From a virus (taxonomy: Duplodnaviria > Caudoviricetes): 64,000 nt of DNA. Where the stretch lies: the IMG/VR virus record IMGVR_UViG_3300020388_000011, positions 46,030 through 110,029 of that record, one strand, 5' to 3'. The position numbers and the translations under genes were made by a program. The notes below the pieces were generated by a model. That model made no database searches. It was not told the origin of the DNA and saw nothing but the letters and a program-made list of their open reading frames with translations. Numbering within the stretch: position 1 is the first letter of the stretch; the number at the start of each line of letters is the position of its first letter. Shown here piece by piece: positions 9,727 to 19,881 of this stretch.

Positions 9727-9972
9727 ATGGCGACATATCATGTAGTCCAAAAAGAGACTAAAGAAACCCAAGTAATTGAGTGTAGCGTACACGAAATTAT
9801 GGATTGGTACGCGGAAAACCCCTTATGGGAACGCGATTGGTCTTATGGATGCGCAACTACCACATCGGAAGTTGGTGAATGGAAAGAGAAACTAGTTAAC
9901 AGGAATCCAGGATGGAACGATGTTCTTGATCTGGCTTCTCGTGCTCCGGGGTCAAGGGTCAAAAAGATCTAG
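9727..9972 (+). CDS. Conserved hypothetical protein
   Basis: 81-aa ORF between thyX and phoH; GW-D-L...PGS motif. Confidence 0.7.
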   Translation: MATYHVVQKETKETQVIECSVHEIMDWYAENPLWERDWSYGCATTTSEVGEWKEKLVNRNPGWNDVLDLASRAPGSRVKKI

Positions 9973-10020
9973 GTGCCCCTTTTTTGTGCCTTTTTCAATG
10001 TTGTTACCTTTATTAAAAAA

Positions 10021-10809
10021 ATGCCTACAAGAAAGAATCGTAAGTCTGCTAACCCCATTGGGGTCGGTCTCACCGCAAAGCAGATGAAGAGAAGAAAGCC
10101 TATTGATCAGAGCCTTTTAGCTAAAATTGATGCCATCACAGAAAATCAACAAATACTGTTTGATGAGTATGATAAAGGACAGAACATTGTAGCTTATGGG
10201 TGCGCTGGAACAGGAAAAACTTTCGTTACTCTTTATAAAGCACTACAGGAAGTTCTAGATGAAAAAACTCCATATGAAAAAGTTTATCTTGTCAGATCTT
10301 TGGTAGCAACTAGGGAAATTGGTTTCCTACCAGGAGACCACGATGATAAATCAGCACTATATCAAATTCCATATAAGAATATGGTCAAATATATGTTTGA
10401 TTTAGATCTACAGACTATTAATTCTACAGGTCAAACATCTCCATTCGAGATGCTTTATGGAAATTTGATGGCTCAAGAGACATTAAAGTTCTGGTCTACT
10501 TCATTCTTACGTGGAACTACACTTGATGGAGCAATAATCATTGTAGATGAGTTCCAAAACTTAAACGCACACGAATTAGATTCTATTATGACTCGTGTTG
10601 GTGAAGATTCTAAAATTCATTTCTGTGGAGATGCTACGCAATCTGACCTAACAAAAGCTTCAGAACGCAGTGGTATTATGGACTTTATGTCTATCCTAGA
10701 GCGTATGCCTTCTGTTAGTAAGATTGAGTTTGGTTTAGATGATATTGTTCGTTCTGGTCTATGTAAGGAATATTTGGTAGCCAAACACGAATCTGGCATA
10801 GAAATATAA
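10021..10809 (+). CDS. phoH: PhoH family ATPase
   Basis: GCAGTGKT Walker A, IGFLPG, FLRGTT, DEFQN, GDATQSD, DIVRS. Confidence 0.93.
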   Translation: MPTRKNRKSANPIGVGLTAKQMKRRKPIDQSLLAKIDAITENQQILFDEYDKGQNIVAYGCAGTGKTFVTLYKALQEVLDEKTPYEKVYLVRSLVATREIGFLPGDHDDKSALYQIPYKNMVKYMFDLDLQTINSTGQTSPFEMLYGNLMAQETLKFWSTSFLRGTTLDGAIIIVDEFQNLNAHELDSIMTRVGEDSKIHFCGDATQSDLTKASERSGIMDFMSILERMPSVSKIEFGLDDIVRSGLCKEYLVAKHESGIEI

Positions 10810-10844
10810 TTTATGCTATAATAAGAGTATCTTATTATTGTTAG

Positions 10845-11525
10845 ATGCCTTTTACTCATAATCCAGTTGAGATACCAAGCTTAACTAGAGAAACCATTGA
10901 TGGAGTCAGATATTATACTGCTCCTAATTATGATGGTGAACTAGTTAAGCTTATTTCTATTACCTCTATTACTTCTCATTGGAGTAGAGAAGGTATCATG
11001 AAGTGGAGAGCCCGTGTTGGTGATGAAGAAGCCAATCGTGTATCTAAACGAGCGACCACTAGGGGTACGGATATGCACCTCTTAGCGGAACATTACTTAC
11101 AGAATGAACCGTTGCCCAAAGCGAAGGTTCCTATATCACAGATCTTATTTAATACTGCAAAGCCAGCCCTTAATAAGATCGATAATATTATTGTCCAAGA
11201 ACGAGCAATGTATAGCTTGCGTCTTGGCATTGCAGGAACACCTGATTGTGTCGGTGATTATGATGGAGAACTTTCCATTATTGACTTTAAGACTTCTAAG
11301 TCTCCCAAGCCATTAAAGTGGGTTGAAGGATACTTTGTTCAAGCATCTGCGTATGCGTGTATGCTATATGAACTAACAGGAGTCAAAGCTAAAAAACTTG
11401 TTATTATTATGGCTTGTGAAGATGGTGAGCTTAAAGTATATGAGGAAAAGGATGTATACAAGTGGGTTAAGAAACTTGATACATACATTCGCAAATTTGT
11501 AAACGACAAACTGGAAGTCTTATGA
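10845..11525 (+). CDS. PD-(D/E)XK exonuclease
   Basis: RGTDMH, AGTPD...IIDFKTS, YFVQ..AY. Confidence 0.85.
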   Translation: MPFTHNPVEIPSLTRETIDGVRYYTAPNYDGELVKLISITSITSHWSREGIMKWRARVGDEEANRVSKRATTRGTDMHLLAEHYLQNEPLPKAKVPISQILFNTAKPALNKIDNIIVQERAMYSLRLGIAGTPDCVGDYDGELSIIDFKTSKSPKPLKWVEGYFVQASAYACMLYELTGVKAKKLVIIMACEDGELKVYEEKDVYKWVKKLDTYIRKFVNDKLEVL

Positions 11526-11788
11526 GTATCAAAAATGAATTAGAAGAAGCCTTACAGCAAAAATTTCTAACACCGATTAAATTTTCTTATATTATTGAAA
11601 AAATTGTTCTGAATGAAAAAATAAATTACATAGAGGCAATTATTCACTATTGCGAAAAGGAGAATCTTGAGGTAGAATCAGTATCCAAGCTTATGACAAA
11701 GCCACTAAAAGAGAAACTTAAAGTTGATGCAACCAATTTAAACTTTATGAAAAATGTTGGTGCTAGCAAAGCTAAACTACCCATATAA
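11522..11788 (+). CDS. 33: Late promoter co-activator gp33
   Basis: YIEAIIHYCE...LKEKLK..A..LNF; position before gp59. Confidence 0.85.
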   Translation: MSIKNELEEALQQKFLTPIKFSYIIEKIVLNEKINYIEAIIHYCEKENLEVESVSKLMTKPLKEKLKVDATNLNFMKNVGASKAKLPI

Positions 11789-11823
11789 CCTACAGAATGA
11801 ATAGCAGACTACGCCGAGGAATT

Positions 11824-12414
11824 ATGTCACCGTATGACGTCTACACAACATACCTTGCAATGAAAAAGCATTTTACAGATGCTAAATTTGATTTCTTTAG
11901 ATACAACGGCAAGACAAGAGCCTCGGTAACTGCTTTCAATAAAAGAAGAGACAAATACTTCTTTGAACGTATGAGTCGCAAACTATCAGACGATGAAGTC
12001 AAAATGTACTTCATCGCAAACTTTGTAGCCACCGAGAATCCTTCTGCGGTCTGGGTTGGTGAAATTATGCAGAGTGGTGAACGAAACTACACCGCACTAA
12101 GTAAGAAGTATCAAAGTCTTACATATACATTCAGTCAAGAGTGCTCTACATTATTTGACGAATACACATTACCTCAACTATTTGATATAAGCAAGGGGCA
12201 CCCACCAATACTAAAAAGATATTTGGGCGGAGACATATCAATCGAAACTTTAACAATACTGGATATAATTTTTGGTTTTTGTGCTAAAATAGACACAAAG
12301 TTAACTGATCCTGTTTGGGAAACTGTGAGCTTTAAAGTGAAAAAGTATCGTCCGTTTATTAACATTGACATTACTAAATGCAAAATTATTTTGAGAAACC
12401 TTATCAATGCCTGA
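11824..12414 (+). CDS. 59: Helicase loader gp59
   Basis: YLAMKKHFT, FNKRRDKYFF, ISIETL. Confidence 0.88.
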   Translation: MSPYDVYTTYLAMKKHFTDAKFDFFRYNGKTRASVTAFNKRRDKYFFERMSRKLSDDEVKMYFIANFVATENPSAVWVGEIMQSGERNYTALSKKYQSLTYTFSQECSTLFDEYTLPQLFDISKGHPPILKRYLGGDISIETLTILDIIFGFCAKIDTKLTDPVWETVSFKVKKYRPFINIDITKCKIILRNLINA

Positions 12415-12814
12415 AGACAATTTTTTTGAATCGGAAATAGTAGCGGATTCTATTAGGGAGATACTTAAGTTGCAAGACTCCGTATTGGTTTTTGCTCAGT
12501 ATAGTAATGGTGCTACTATCCAAGAGCAGCAAAATAATCTTGACATTCTCCGTAAGCTAATGTCTAAACAGAGAAATATGTGCTTTCGTTGTCAATTAAC
12601 AGATTCTCCAGACGCTAAAGCTTTATTGAATGAAATATTAAAACATTTTGAGGAGTATGGTCATACTGTTGATAAAGAGAACCCAATGGGAGTGTTTGAT
12701 GAAATTGCCTCTAATCTAGATGAAATTGAATTTGAACTAGATTATTTTAGTAAGTATGGGCGATATCCAGATGATGAAGAGCCTGGTGGAGAAACACCGC
12801 CCACTATGTTCTAA
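12407..12814 (+). CDS. Conserved cyanophage hypothetical protein (DUF1825-like)
   Basis: FFESEIV start, R..L.D.PDAK; lies between gp59 and gp32. Confidence 0.6.
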   Translation: MPEDNFFESEIVADSIREILKLQDSVLVFAQYSNGATIQEQQNNLDILRKLMSKQRNMCFRCQLTDSPDAKALLNEILKHFEEYGHTVDKENPMGVFDEIASNLDEIEFELDYFSKYGRYPDDEEPGGETPPTMF

Positions 12815-12906
12815 TCAACAAAGTGTCTAAATGGGCTTGGCATCCCACCTATTATGCTCTATAATAAACAAGTTCAGCCAGTTATCCAATCAATCCGAAC
12901 AAATCT

Positions 12907-13848
12907 ATGTCATTCAAAGATCTCAAGAAGCAATCATCTCTCGGCGCACTTACTCAGAAGCTCGTCAAGGAAGTAGAGAAGATGAATACAGCTGGCTCAA
13001 GCGGTGATGACCGCTACTGGAAGCTAGAATGTGATAAAGCCCAAAACGGTTATGCTGTGATCCGTTTCCTTCCACAGCCCGAAGGTGAAGATATGCCTTT
13101 CGTCAAGATGTACTCCCACGCCTTCCAAGGTAAAGGTGGCTGGTACATTGAGAACAGCTTGACTACACTAGGTCAGAAAGACCCATTGTCTGAGTTCAAC
13201 TCTGAGCTTTGGAACAACGGTACTGATGCTGGTAAAGAGCAAGCACGTAAGCAAAAGCGTAAGCTCACATATATTGCTAACATTATGGTCGTCAAAGACC
13301 CAGCAAACCCCCAGAACGAAGGTGGAGTATTCCTCTACAAGTTTGGTAAGAAAATCTTTGATAAGCTTATGTCTGCTATGCAGCCTGAGTTTGAAGATGA
13401 AGAAGCAATCAACCCATTTGACTTCTGGGAAGGCGCTAACTTCAAGCTCAAGGCTAAGAACGTTGCTGGTTACCGCAACTATGACTCCTCTGAGTTTGCT
13501 AAGGTAGAGCCCCTCCTAGGAGGCGATGATGAAGCACTTGAAGGACTATACAATAAGTTGAACTCACTATCTGAGCTTGTTGCTCCAGATCAGTTCAAAG
13601 AGTATGAAGTTCTTAAGAAGCGTCTTAATCAAGTCCTAGGCTTAGGTGCTCCTAGCAGCCGTCCAGCTCCACAAGAGGATTCTGGTGACGAAGACATTGA
13701 AGAGCAGTTAAGGTCCGCTAGACCTGCCTTTAAGAAGGAAGTAGCTGCTTATTCCGAACCCGAGCTACCATCAACAGCAACGCCAGAGCCTGCCTCTAGC
13801 GAAGACGATGATGCCCTTAGCTGGTTCCAAAGCCTAGGGGAAGAGTGA
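12907..13848 (+). CDS. 32: Single-stranded DNA-binding protein gp32
   Basis: GYAVIRFLP, WYIENSLTTL, FGKKIFDK, NYD.S.F; acidic C-terminal tail. Confidence 0.95.
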   Translation: MSFKDLKKQSSLGALTQKLVKEVEKMNTAGSSGDDRYWKLECDKAQNGYAVIRFLPQPEGEDMPFVKMYSHAFQGKGGWYIENSLTTLGQKDPLSEFNSELWNNGTDAGKEQARKQKRKLTYIANIMVVKDPANPQNEGGVFLYKFGKKIFDKLMSAMQPEFEDEEAINPFDFWEGANFKLKAKNVAGYRNYDSSEFAKVEPLLGGDDEALEGLYNKLNSLSELVAPDQFKEYEVLKKRLNQVLGLGAPSSRPAPQEDSGDEDIEEQLRSARPAFKKEVAAYSEPELPSTATPEPASSEDDDALSWFQSLGEE

Positions 13849-14280
13849 TTACACTCCGAGTTCTTTCTCGGTCATAATTTTAAATTCCCAACCTTGATCT
13901 AAACAGAATTCTCTAGCAGCATTCCATTTAGCCTGGTTCTGAGAATACATAGCCTCTGCAATAAGAACGTTCTTTGTACGACGTTTGTATTGTGGGGGCT
14001 TTGTTTCTCTTAGGGGTTTTACTTCAATCAGTATCTTTTTTAAGTTGCCTTGTTTGTCTATGGATTCAATGTAGAAGTCTGGATAATACCTGGCACGTCT
14101 TTTCTTTACTGGATTATAATATGGTATATTAATTTCCTCTGATGCCCAACGCTTTATAGCCTCTTTGGTGTCACAATATACGCAAAACTTTCTTTCCCAT
14201 AGGGATCTATATATAATTTGATTTGGATTGCCAATATACTTTTTTGGGTTTTGTGGTTTATAGATTCCTTTATAGGACAT
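13849..14280 (-). CDS. 4: Head completion nuclease gp4
   Basis: YKPQNPKKY, YRSLWE, YYPDF, IEVKP, NQAKW; start placed at MSYKG (14280). Confidence 0.9.
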   Translation of the reverse strand: MSYKGIYKPQNPKKYIGNPNQIIYRSLWERKFCVYCDTKEAIKRWASEEINIPYYNPVKKRRARYYPDFYIESIDKQGNLKKILIEVKPLRETKPPQYKRRTKNVLIAEAMYSQNQAKWNAAREFCLDQGWEFKIMTEKELGV

Positions 14281-14311
14281 AAATAGAGTAGGTAGTTTAT
14301 CAGTATTTAGC

Positions 14312-15073
14312 GTGCCTAGACAGCTAAACATAGAAGATGTCAAACCCCTGATAGGTAATTTGTCAAGATCAAATTACTATCAAGTACAGTTTGGTGGGTT
14401 ATCCCCAAGACTCAGGGGATATCTTGGGTCTCGTGGAGTAGATAGTGCATTTATATCCGAAGATTCTGGTTTGTTGTGCTACAGCGCTCAACTTCCTGGT
14501 TCATCTTTGGCAGGAACTGAGTCTACTAATTTTACGGGAATTACAGAGACAATGGCGCATAGAAGGGTATTTACATCCCTTTCATTGGAATTTTATTGTG
14601 ACAGTAACTACAGGTCTTTAAAATTTTTAGAGCACTGGATGGAATATGTTGCTAGTGGAAACGGATTCCTAGACTATGCTGATAGAAACTATACATATAG
14701 GATGAATTATCCAAATGATCCTGTCAGTGGATACAAATGTGATTCCACAAAAATCTATAAGTTTGAATCTGATGTTCAAAGAGTGATGGAATATTCATTC
14801 CTTGGGCTATTTCCAATCAATCTATCATCAACTCCAGTTAGGTATGGTCCTACCAGTGAGCTAACCAGAGTTACTTGTGAGTTTAGATATGATAGATATA
14901 TTGCAGGCTCTATCCTATCATATGATACGGTTAGAGGATTTGGAAATAATTTAGAATCAGGTCTGACTAATGCATTCTCTGATTTAAATTTCAATGGATT
15001 TGGCAACACACTTAACACAATTAACCGAATAGCTGGACCTGTTTCAGATATTTTAAACTTATTCACCAACTAA
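14312..15073 (+). CDS. Tail-tube-like baseplate protein (gp54/gp19 family)
   Basis: A.LPG, LEFY.D..Y....F.E.W, FP..L motifs; divergent from gp4. Confidence 0.7.
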   Translation: MPRQLNIEDVKPLIGNLSRSNYYQVQFGGLSPRLRGYLGSRGVDSAFISEDSGLLCYSAQLPGSSLAGTESTNFTGITETMAHRRVFTSLSLEFYCDSNYRSLKFLEHWMEYVASGNGFLDYADRNYTYRMNYPNDPVSGYKCDSTKIYKFESDVQRVMEYSFLGLFPINLSSTPVRYGPTSELTRVTCEFRYDRYIAGSILSYDTVRGFGNNLESGLTNAFSDLNFNGFGNTLNTINRIAGPVSDILNLFTN

Positions 15074-15094
15074 ATATAAAAAAGCTGAAGAACT

Positions 15095-16018
15095 ATGGCA
15101 TTAAGTAAAACACTTCAGTATCCCACCAATATTGCTTCGGGCAATAATGATTATTTTATGGTGGGTGTTTTTAATTATGAACCACCTAATAGTGGGGAGC
15201 AGAATAATGGGAGAAGGACTCTTTCCCAAATTTTTGCTGGTGGAGGAAGTAAAGGTACTAGAAATTTAAAAAAATCATTATCAAATATTATTTTGCCAAT
15301 GCCTGATAATATTTCAGACTCAAATGCTGTTACTTGGGATACTGATACTTTAAATTCCCTTCAACTTGCAGGTGTAAAAGCTTTAGATGATATTTTAACT
15401 AGCGTAAAAAAGAATAACGCAGATAAGAAGCGGCAACTAACAGGTGCGGTTGATACGTTCATTAATGGTGCTGGGGCAGCAGCTCTAGATCCTGCAGTAC
15501 GTGAAGCTGTTAAAAAGGCATTAATTGGTGAGGCAGTTAATATTTTTGGTGGTAATATTGATTCACAGTCTTTGGTTAGTAGGACTACTGGGCAGGTATT
15601 AAATCCAAACCTAGAGCTCTTATTTAAAGGTGTTATCTTGAGAGAATTTAATTATTCATTTACTCTGACACCAAGAGACGCTAGCGAATCGAATGAGATT
15701 CGGCAAATTATTTCTACCTTAAAACAGTCTATGGCTGCCAAAAGTACTGCTTCTAGTGGGGGTGGTAGAGGTATATTTATCAAAGCACCAGATGTTTTTC
15801 AGCCTGTTTTTATGCAAGGTCCTAGAGCACATCCGTTTTTATATTCTATAAAACAGTCTGCTCTAGTTGGGATGAATGTTAATTATGTTGGAACGGGATC
15901 ATATGCTACTTATAGTGATGGCACACCAGTAAAAATGCAAATGCAACTAAGATTTAGAGAGTTGAGTCCTGTATATAATGAAGATTATAGATCTATTGAT
16001 AGTGGAGTTGGATTCTAA
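15095..16018 (+). CDS. 48: Baseplate tail tube cap gp48
   Basis: ILPMP, NPNLELLFKG..LREF.YSF, L.F.EL.P.Y. Confidence 0.85.
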   Translation: MALSKTLQYPTNIASGNNDYFMVGVFNYEPPNSGEQNNGRRTLSQIFAGGGSKGTRNLKKSLSNIILPMPDNISDSNAVTWDTDTLNSLQLAGVKALDDILTSVKKNNADKKRQLTGAVDTFINGAGAAALDPAVREAVKKALIGEAVNIFGGNIDSQSLVSRTTGQVLNPNLELLFKGVILREFNYSFTLTPRDASESNEIRQIISTLKQSMAAKSTASSGGGRGIFIKAPDVFQPVFMQGPRAHPFLYSIKQSALVGMNVNYVGTGSYATYSDGTPVKMQMQLRFRELSPVYNEDYRSIDSGVGF

Positions 16019-16665
16019 TGTCATATTTTAGACAGTTACCAAATATTGAGTATCAAAACTTTTTAACTTCTAGTACTGGATCGCAGGATTACTTATTACT
16101 GAAAAATATTTTTCTCAGGGGTAAGTTAAGAGACGACCTGCAGAGTAATTTTACTGTTTTTCAGAAATATAATATTCGTGGAGATGAGAGACCAGATCAA
16201 ATAGCATATAATGTATATGGGGCTTCTGAATATGACTGGGTTGTTTTAGTGACAGCCAATATCATAAATTATCAAAACGATTATCCTATTACCGTTCAGC
16301 AACTCTATGATTATGTTATTGATAAGTACGGTACTGCCGCAAATAATATTAATCACTATGTGAGTACAGAGGTTAGGGATAGTAGTGGGAGATTGATTTA
16401 CCCTGCGGGAGTTGTTGTTGCTCCTAATTTTACAATACAAAATCCAGACAATCCCTTTCAAACAATTTCACCTATAGTGGGTATTACAAATTTTGAGTAT
16501 GAAACTAATAAAAACGATAAGAAGCGAGAAATTTTTATATTAAGACCATCTTACTTAAATCAATTCCTCAACGATATGCGAGACATTTCCAAGTATGGAT
16601 TTAACTCCGAATATGTAAATGCAGATACCATTAGGGCAGCCAATACTAAAAATACGAGTCCCTGA
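16018..16665 (+). CDS. 53: Baseplate wedge protein gp53
   Basis: MSYFRQLP, ERPDQIAY.VYG...DWVVL, N..KREI.IL. Confidence 0.88.
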   Translation: MSYFRQLPNIEYQNFLTSSTGSQDYLLLKNIFLRGKLRDDLQSNFTVFQKYNIRGDERPDQIAYNVYGASEYDWVVLVTANIINYQNDYPITVQQLYDYVIDKYGTAANNINHYVSTEVRDSSGRLIYPAGVVVAPNFTIQNPDNPFQTISPIVGITNFEYETNKNDKKREIFILRPSYLNQFLNDMRDISKYGFNSEYVNADTIRAANTKNTSP

Positions 16666-17036
16666 TGGCTAAAAAGAAGAAAAAATCTCCTGATAGGATT
16701 CGCCCATTATTGGATGAAATAGATGGTACGGAATATGCTGAAGATATAATGGATGATTTAATTCCATTATTGAGTGATACTCAAACAAATATGCCTATAC
16801 CAGGAAAAGTATATGTATATGTTTATTTTGCCTTTACTCCGAACATATTAAGTGATAGGTACCCAATCGTTCAAATTACGGGGGTTTATGATTGGGGTTG
16901 GTCAGGTGTAAATCTTCATATAGGAAAACCGAGGAATTATAATTTTAACGGTAATACAACTCCATTCTATATGCTTAAGCCAATGGAAGTTCAATCTGCT
17001 TTAGCTCTACCTTTGATGAGATTATATCAAAATTAA
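16665..17036 (+). CDS. Hypothetical protein, possibly gp2 (DNA end protector)-related
   Basis: PGK.Y.Y.Y, D.YP.V, G.NLH motifs. Confidence 0.5.
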   Translation: MAKKKKKSPDRIRPLLDEIDGTEYAEDIMDDLIPLLSDTQTNMPIPGKVYVYVYFAFTPNILSDRYPIVQITGVYDWGWSGVNLHIGKPRNYNFNGNTTPFYMLKPMEVQSALALPLMRLYQN

Positions 17037-17072
17037 CCTCCTAAATAACTATAGCATTCCTTTTACTATATT

Positions 17073-17783
17073 ATGGCTCTTCCAAAGATCGCCAAGGTGA
17101 CCCATGAAGCCATTGTGCCTTCTACGGGTAATAAAATTAAGTTCCGTCCTTTCCTTGTTAAGGAAGAAAAAGTTCTTATTTTAGCTCGTGAGTCTAATGA
17201 TCAAGCTGAAATGGTTAGGGGAATTAAAGATGTTATTGAGGCTTGTGTACTTACTAAAGGATTTTCTACAGAAAATCTAGCAACTTTTGACATTGAATAC
17301 TTATTCCTATCTATCCGTGGCAAGTCTATTGGAGAAGATGTTGAAGTTATTATTACTTGTCCAGATGATGGTGTTACTCAAGTAACCCAGACAATTTACT
17401 TGGATGAGGTCAAAGTTGTTTTTGATGATGAGCATTCAGACAAAGTTAAAATTGATGATACGTACTCTATCCAGATGAAGTATCCTAATATTGAAACTGT
17501 TATGGGTGCAGATCAAGAAGACATCAGTATTACGGATAGCCTGGAACTAATCGCATCCTGCATTAGTATGATTTTCTCTGAAGAAGAGTCCTGGGCAGCA
17601 ACCGAATCATCAAAGGAAGAGTTGATTGAGTGGATAGAAGATTTAGAGCCAAAGCAGTTTGAAGGAATTGAAAAGTTCTTTACAACAATGCCCAAACTAA
17701 GTCATACCATTCAGGTTACTAATCCAGAAACTAAGGTGACTAGTGATGTTGTACTTGAGGGGCTAGGATCTTTTTTCGCATAA
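17073..17783 (+). CDS. 26: Baseplate hub assembly protein (annotated gp26 in cyanophages)
   Basis: MALPK, RPFLVKEEK, DIEYLFL.IRGKS.GE, C-terminal LEGL.SFF. Confidence 0.85.
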   Translation: MALPKIAKVTHEAIVPSTGNKIKFRPFLVKEEKVLILARESNDQAEMVRGIKDVIEACVLTKGFSTENLATFDIEYLFLSIRGKSIGEDVEVIITCPDDGVTQVTQTIYLDEVKVVFDDEHSDKVKIDDTYSIQMKYPNIETVMGADQEDISITDSLELIASCISMIFSEEESWAATESSKEELIEWIEDLEPKQFEGIEKFFTTMPKLSHTIQVTNPETKVTSDVVLEGLGSFFA

Positions 17784-17785
17784 GT

Positions 17786-17956
17786 ATGGCTCATGAAGAT
17801 CTTGAGTCATACTATAAAACAAACTTTGCACTTATTCAACACCATAAATACAGTCTTAGAGATATTGAAAATCTAATCCCATGGGAAAGAGATATTTATG
17901 TCACTCTACTAAAGAACTGGATTGAGGAAGAAGAACAGCGCATAGCACAACAGTAA
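17786..17956 (+). CDS. 51: Baseplate hub assembly catalyst gp51-like (56 aa), not in ORF track
   Basis: YYKTNFALIQHHKYSLRDIENLIPWERDIYV; lies in the -1 frame relative to gp26. Confidence 0.8.
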   Translation: MAHEDLESYYKTNFALIQHHKYSLRDIENLIPWERDIYVTLLKNWIEEEEQRIAQQ

Positions 17957-17964
17957 TACTACAA

Positions 17965-19881
17965 ATGAGTTTATTTGGAGCTGCTAATTCAGGTGTTGAT
18001 CCTCAATCGGGGGCATACCTGACAAAACAACAAAGAATCGCTATGTTCCGCGCTTCACGTGGGATGGGTGGTGGAAATAGTGGTGGATCCAATAAAGACG
18101 GTGGCGTACAGCCAAAATCGGCTATTGTTGTTGCTAATAAATTTGCAACTATAACGCAGACATTAAATAATAATTTTCAACAATCAGCAACTAATATTTC
18201 TGATCAGGCTCAGAGTAATAAAAAGTCTATTGAAAATCTTTATAGAATTATCTCTGACAAGAGAGATCAAGAATTAAAAACTGAAAAGCAAGAGACTAGA
18301 CAAGCTTCATTACAACTTGAAAAGAATAAAAGAACAGCAAGAGAGAATTTTGTTGAGGGATTGTCCAAGGCTGCTGCCGCAGCACTAGTACCACTACAGA
18401 AAACTGCCAATGCCGTAACCGGAAAGGTTATGAGTTTTTGGGATAAACTGAAAAGATTATTATTACTATTAGGTGGTGCTTGGCTGGTTGATAATCTACC
18501 AGAAATACTCGATAGTATTAAGTCATTTGATTTAAGTATTGATAGTTTTAGTACCGCTGTTGCTGGCATATTGCCAAATGTTCGTGGTATTTTTAATATA
18601 TTTGATGGGATTGTAAGGGGAATATTAAGAGGTGTTAGGAGGGTTGGATCTACTGCTTTTAGAATTGCTGCTAAAATCGGTGGTACAGCATTTAGAATTG
18701 CTAGAAAAGTATTTGACTCAATAATTGATGTAACATCTAGAGTCACTGGTGCAATATTTAATGGGATAAAAAAATTAGGAAGTAAGTTATTTGATTTATA
18801 CAAGAGTGCCAAAAATACTCTTAGTGGTGGTCTTAAATCTGCCCAAGCTGCTAAAAATGCCAAGGTAACTAAACCAAAGGGATTATTTGGGAATATTGTT
18901 GATAAGTTGAGGCAGGGTGGGAGTAAAGTTAAATCTTTTGCTAGTAATGTTGGTGGTAAACTTGGCTTTGATAAGATGCGCGAGGGTGCTGGTAACTTTA
19001 TGCGTGGATTTACAGATTTCACAGACAAGGCAATGGAGAAATTAAATCCATTAAAAAGTTATGCGGTAAAGGAAGGTATTGCGGAAGGTAATCCCACAGG
19101 TAGACTAAAAGGAATAAAGAATCTCCTAACGAAGGTCTTTAATGCAGCTGGTATCGCTAGTACGGCAGGTAACAAGTTACTAACAGGTATTGCAAAAATA
19201 GCAAGACCTCTTTTGAGACTTCCTGGAGTTGGTATTGCGGTTGATATAGCACTCAATAAAGCAGGTGGTCAAGGTAATCAAGAGGCTCTTATTAGAGGAC
19301 TTGCTTCTGGTATTTCCGGTATGGTGGGAATGAAAGCTGGTGCTGCTATTGGTGCTGGTATTGGAACCGTAGCAATCCCAATTCCCGGTCTTGGAACTGG
19401 TATTGGTGGCATTTTAGGTGGTCTTATTGGTAGTATTCTTGCCGCAAATACAGCTGATGCTTTGGCTAAAGCTGGGATGACGATGGCTGGAATGGAAACC
19501 ACGTCTGATGAGACGATGGCTGCTAATTATGGTAATATTATTGAAAATATTACTAACAATAATAATACAGCTACGGTTACTCCTGCCTCAGATAATAAAA
19601 CAACTCACCCCGACAAGTCTATTAAAATTACTCCAGGAGATCGTATCGATGCTGGTAGCTTTAGTACACCAGATGGAATGCAATTGTCTGGTGGTCTTCC
19701 AGCTAGTACGTTTAACTTGCAGGAGCTTCCTCCAATTATGACCCGTATGCAAAAAGAGCAGCCAGAAGAAATTCTTCCACAGCAGGAAGTTAAACCAATT
19801 AATACTAGAGATCCCCAGACTGATATTTACAGACACCTTGCTGGTAAGATATATCAGTTAACTGAGGTAGGTGCTAACTAA
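17965..19881 (+). CDS. Tape-measure / hub-like protein (gp29-like)
   Basis: Long helical Ala/Gly/Lys-rich sequence with a glycine zipper (GAAIGAGIG...GGILGGLIG); position after gp51. Confidence 0.55.
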   Translation: MSLFGAANSGVDPQSGAYLTKQQRIAMFRASRGMGGGNSGGSNKDGGVQPKSAIVVANKFATITQTLNNNFQQSATNISDQAQSNKKSIENLYRIISDKRDQELKTEKQETRQASLQLEKNKRTARENFVEGLSKAAAAALVPLQKTANAVTGKVMSFWDKLKRLLLLLGGAWLVDNLPEILDSIKSFDLSIDSFSTAVAGILPNVRGIFNIFDGIVRGILRGVRRVGSTAFRIAAKIGGTAFRIARKVFDSIIDVTSRVTGAIFNGIKKLGSKLFDLYKSAKNTLSGGLKSAQAAKNAKVTKPKGLFGNIVDKLRQGGSKVKSFASNVGGKLGFDKMREGAGNFMRGFTDFTDKAMEKLNPLKSYAVKEGIAEGNPTGRLKGIKNLLTKVFNAAGIASTAGNKLLTGIAKIARPLLRLPGVGIAVDIALNKAGGQGNQEALIRGLASGISGMVGMKAGAAIGAGIGTVAIPIPGLGTGIGGILGGLIGSILAANTADALAKAGMTMAGMETTSDETMAANYGNIIENITNNNNTATVTPASDNKTTHPDKSIKITPGDRIDAGSFSTPDGMQLSGGLPASTFNLQELPPIMTRMQKEQPEEILPQQEVKPINTRDPQTDIYRHLAGKIYQLTEVGAN

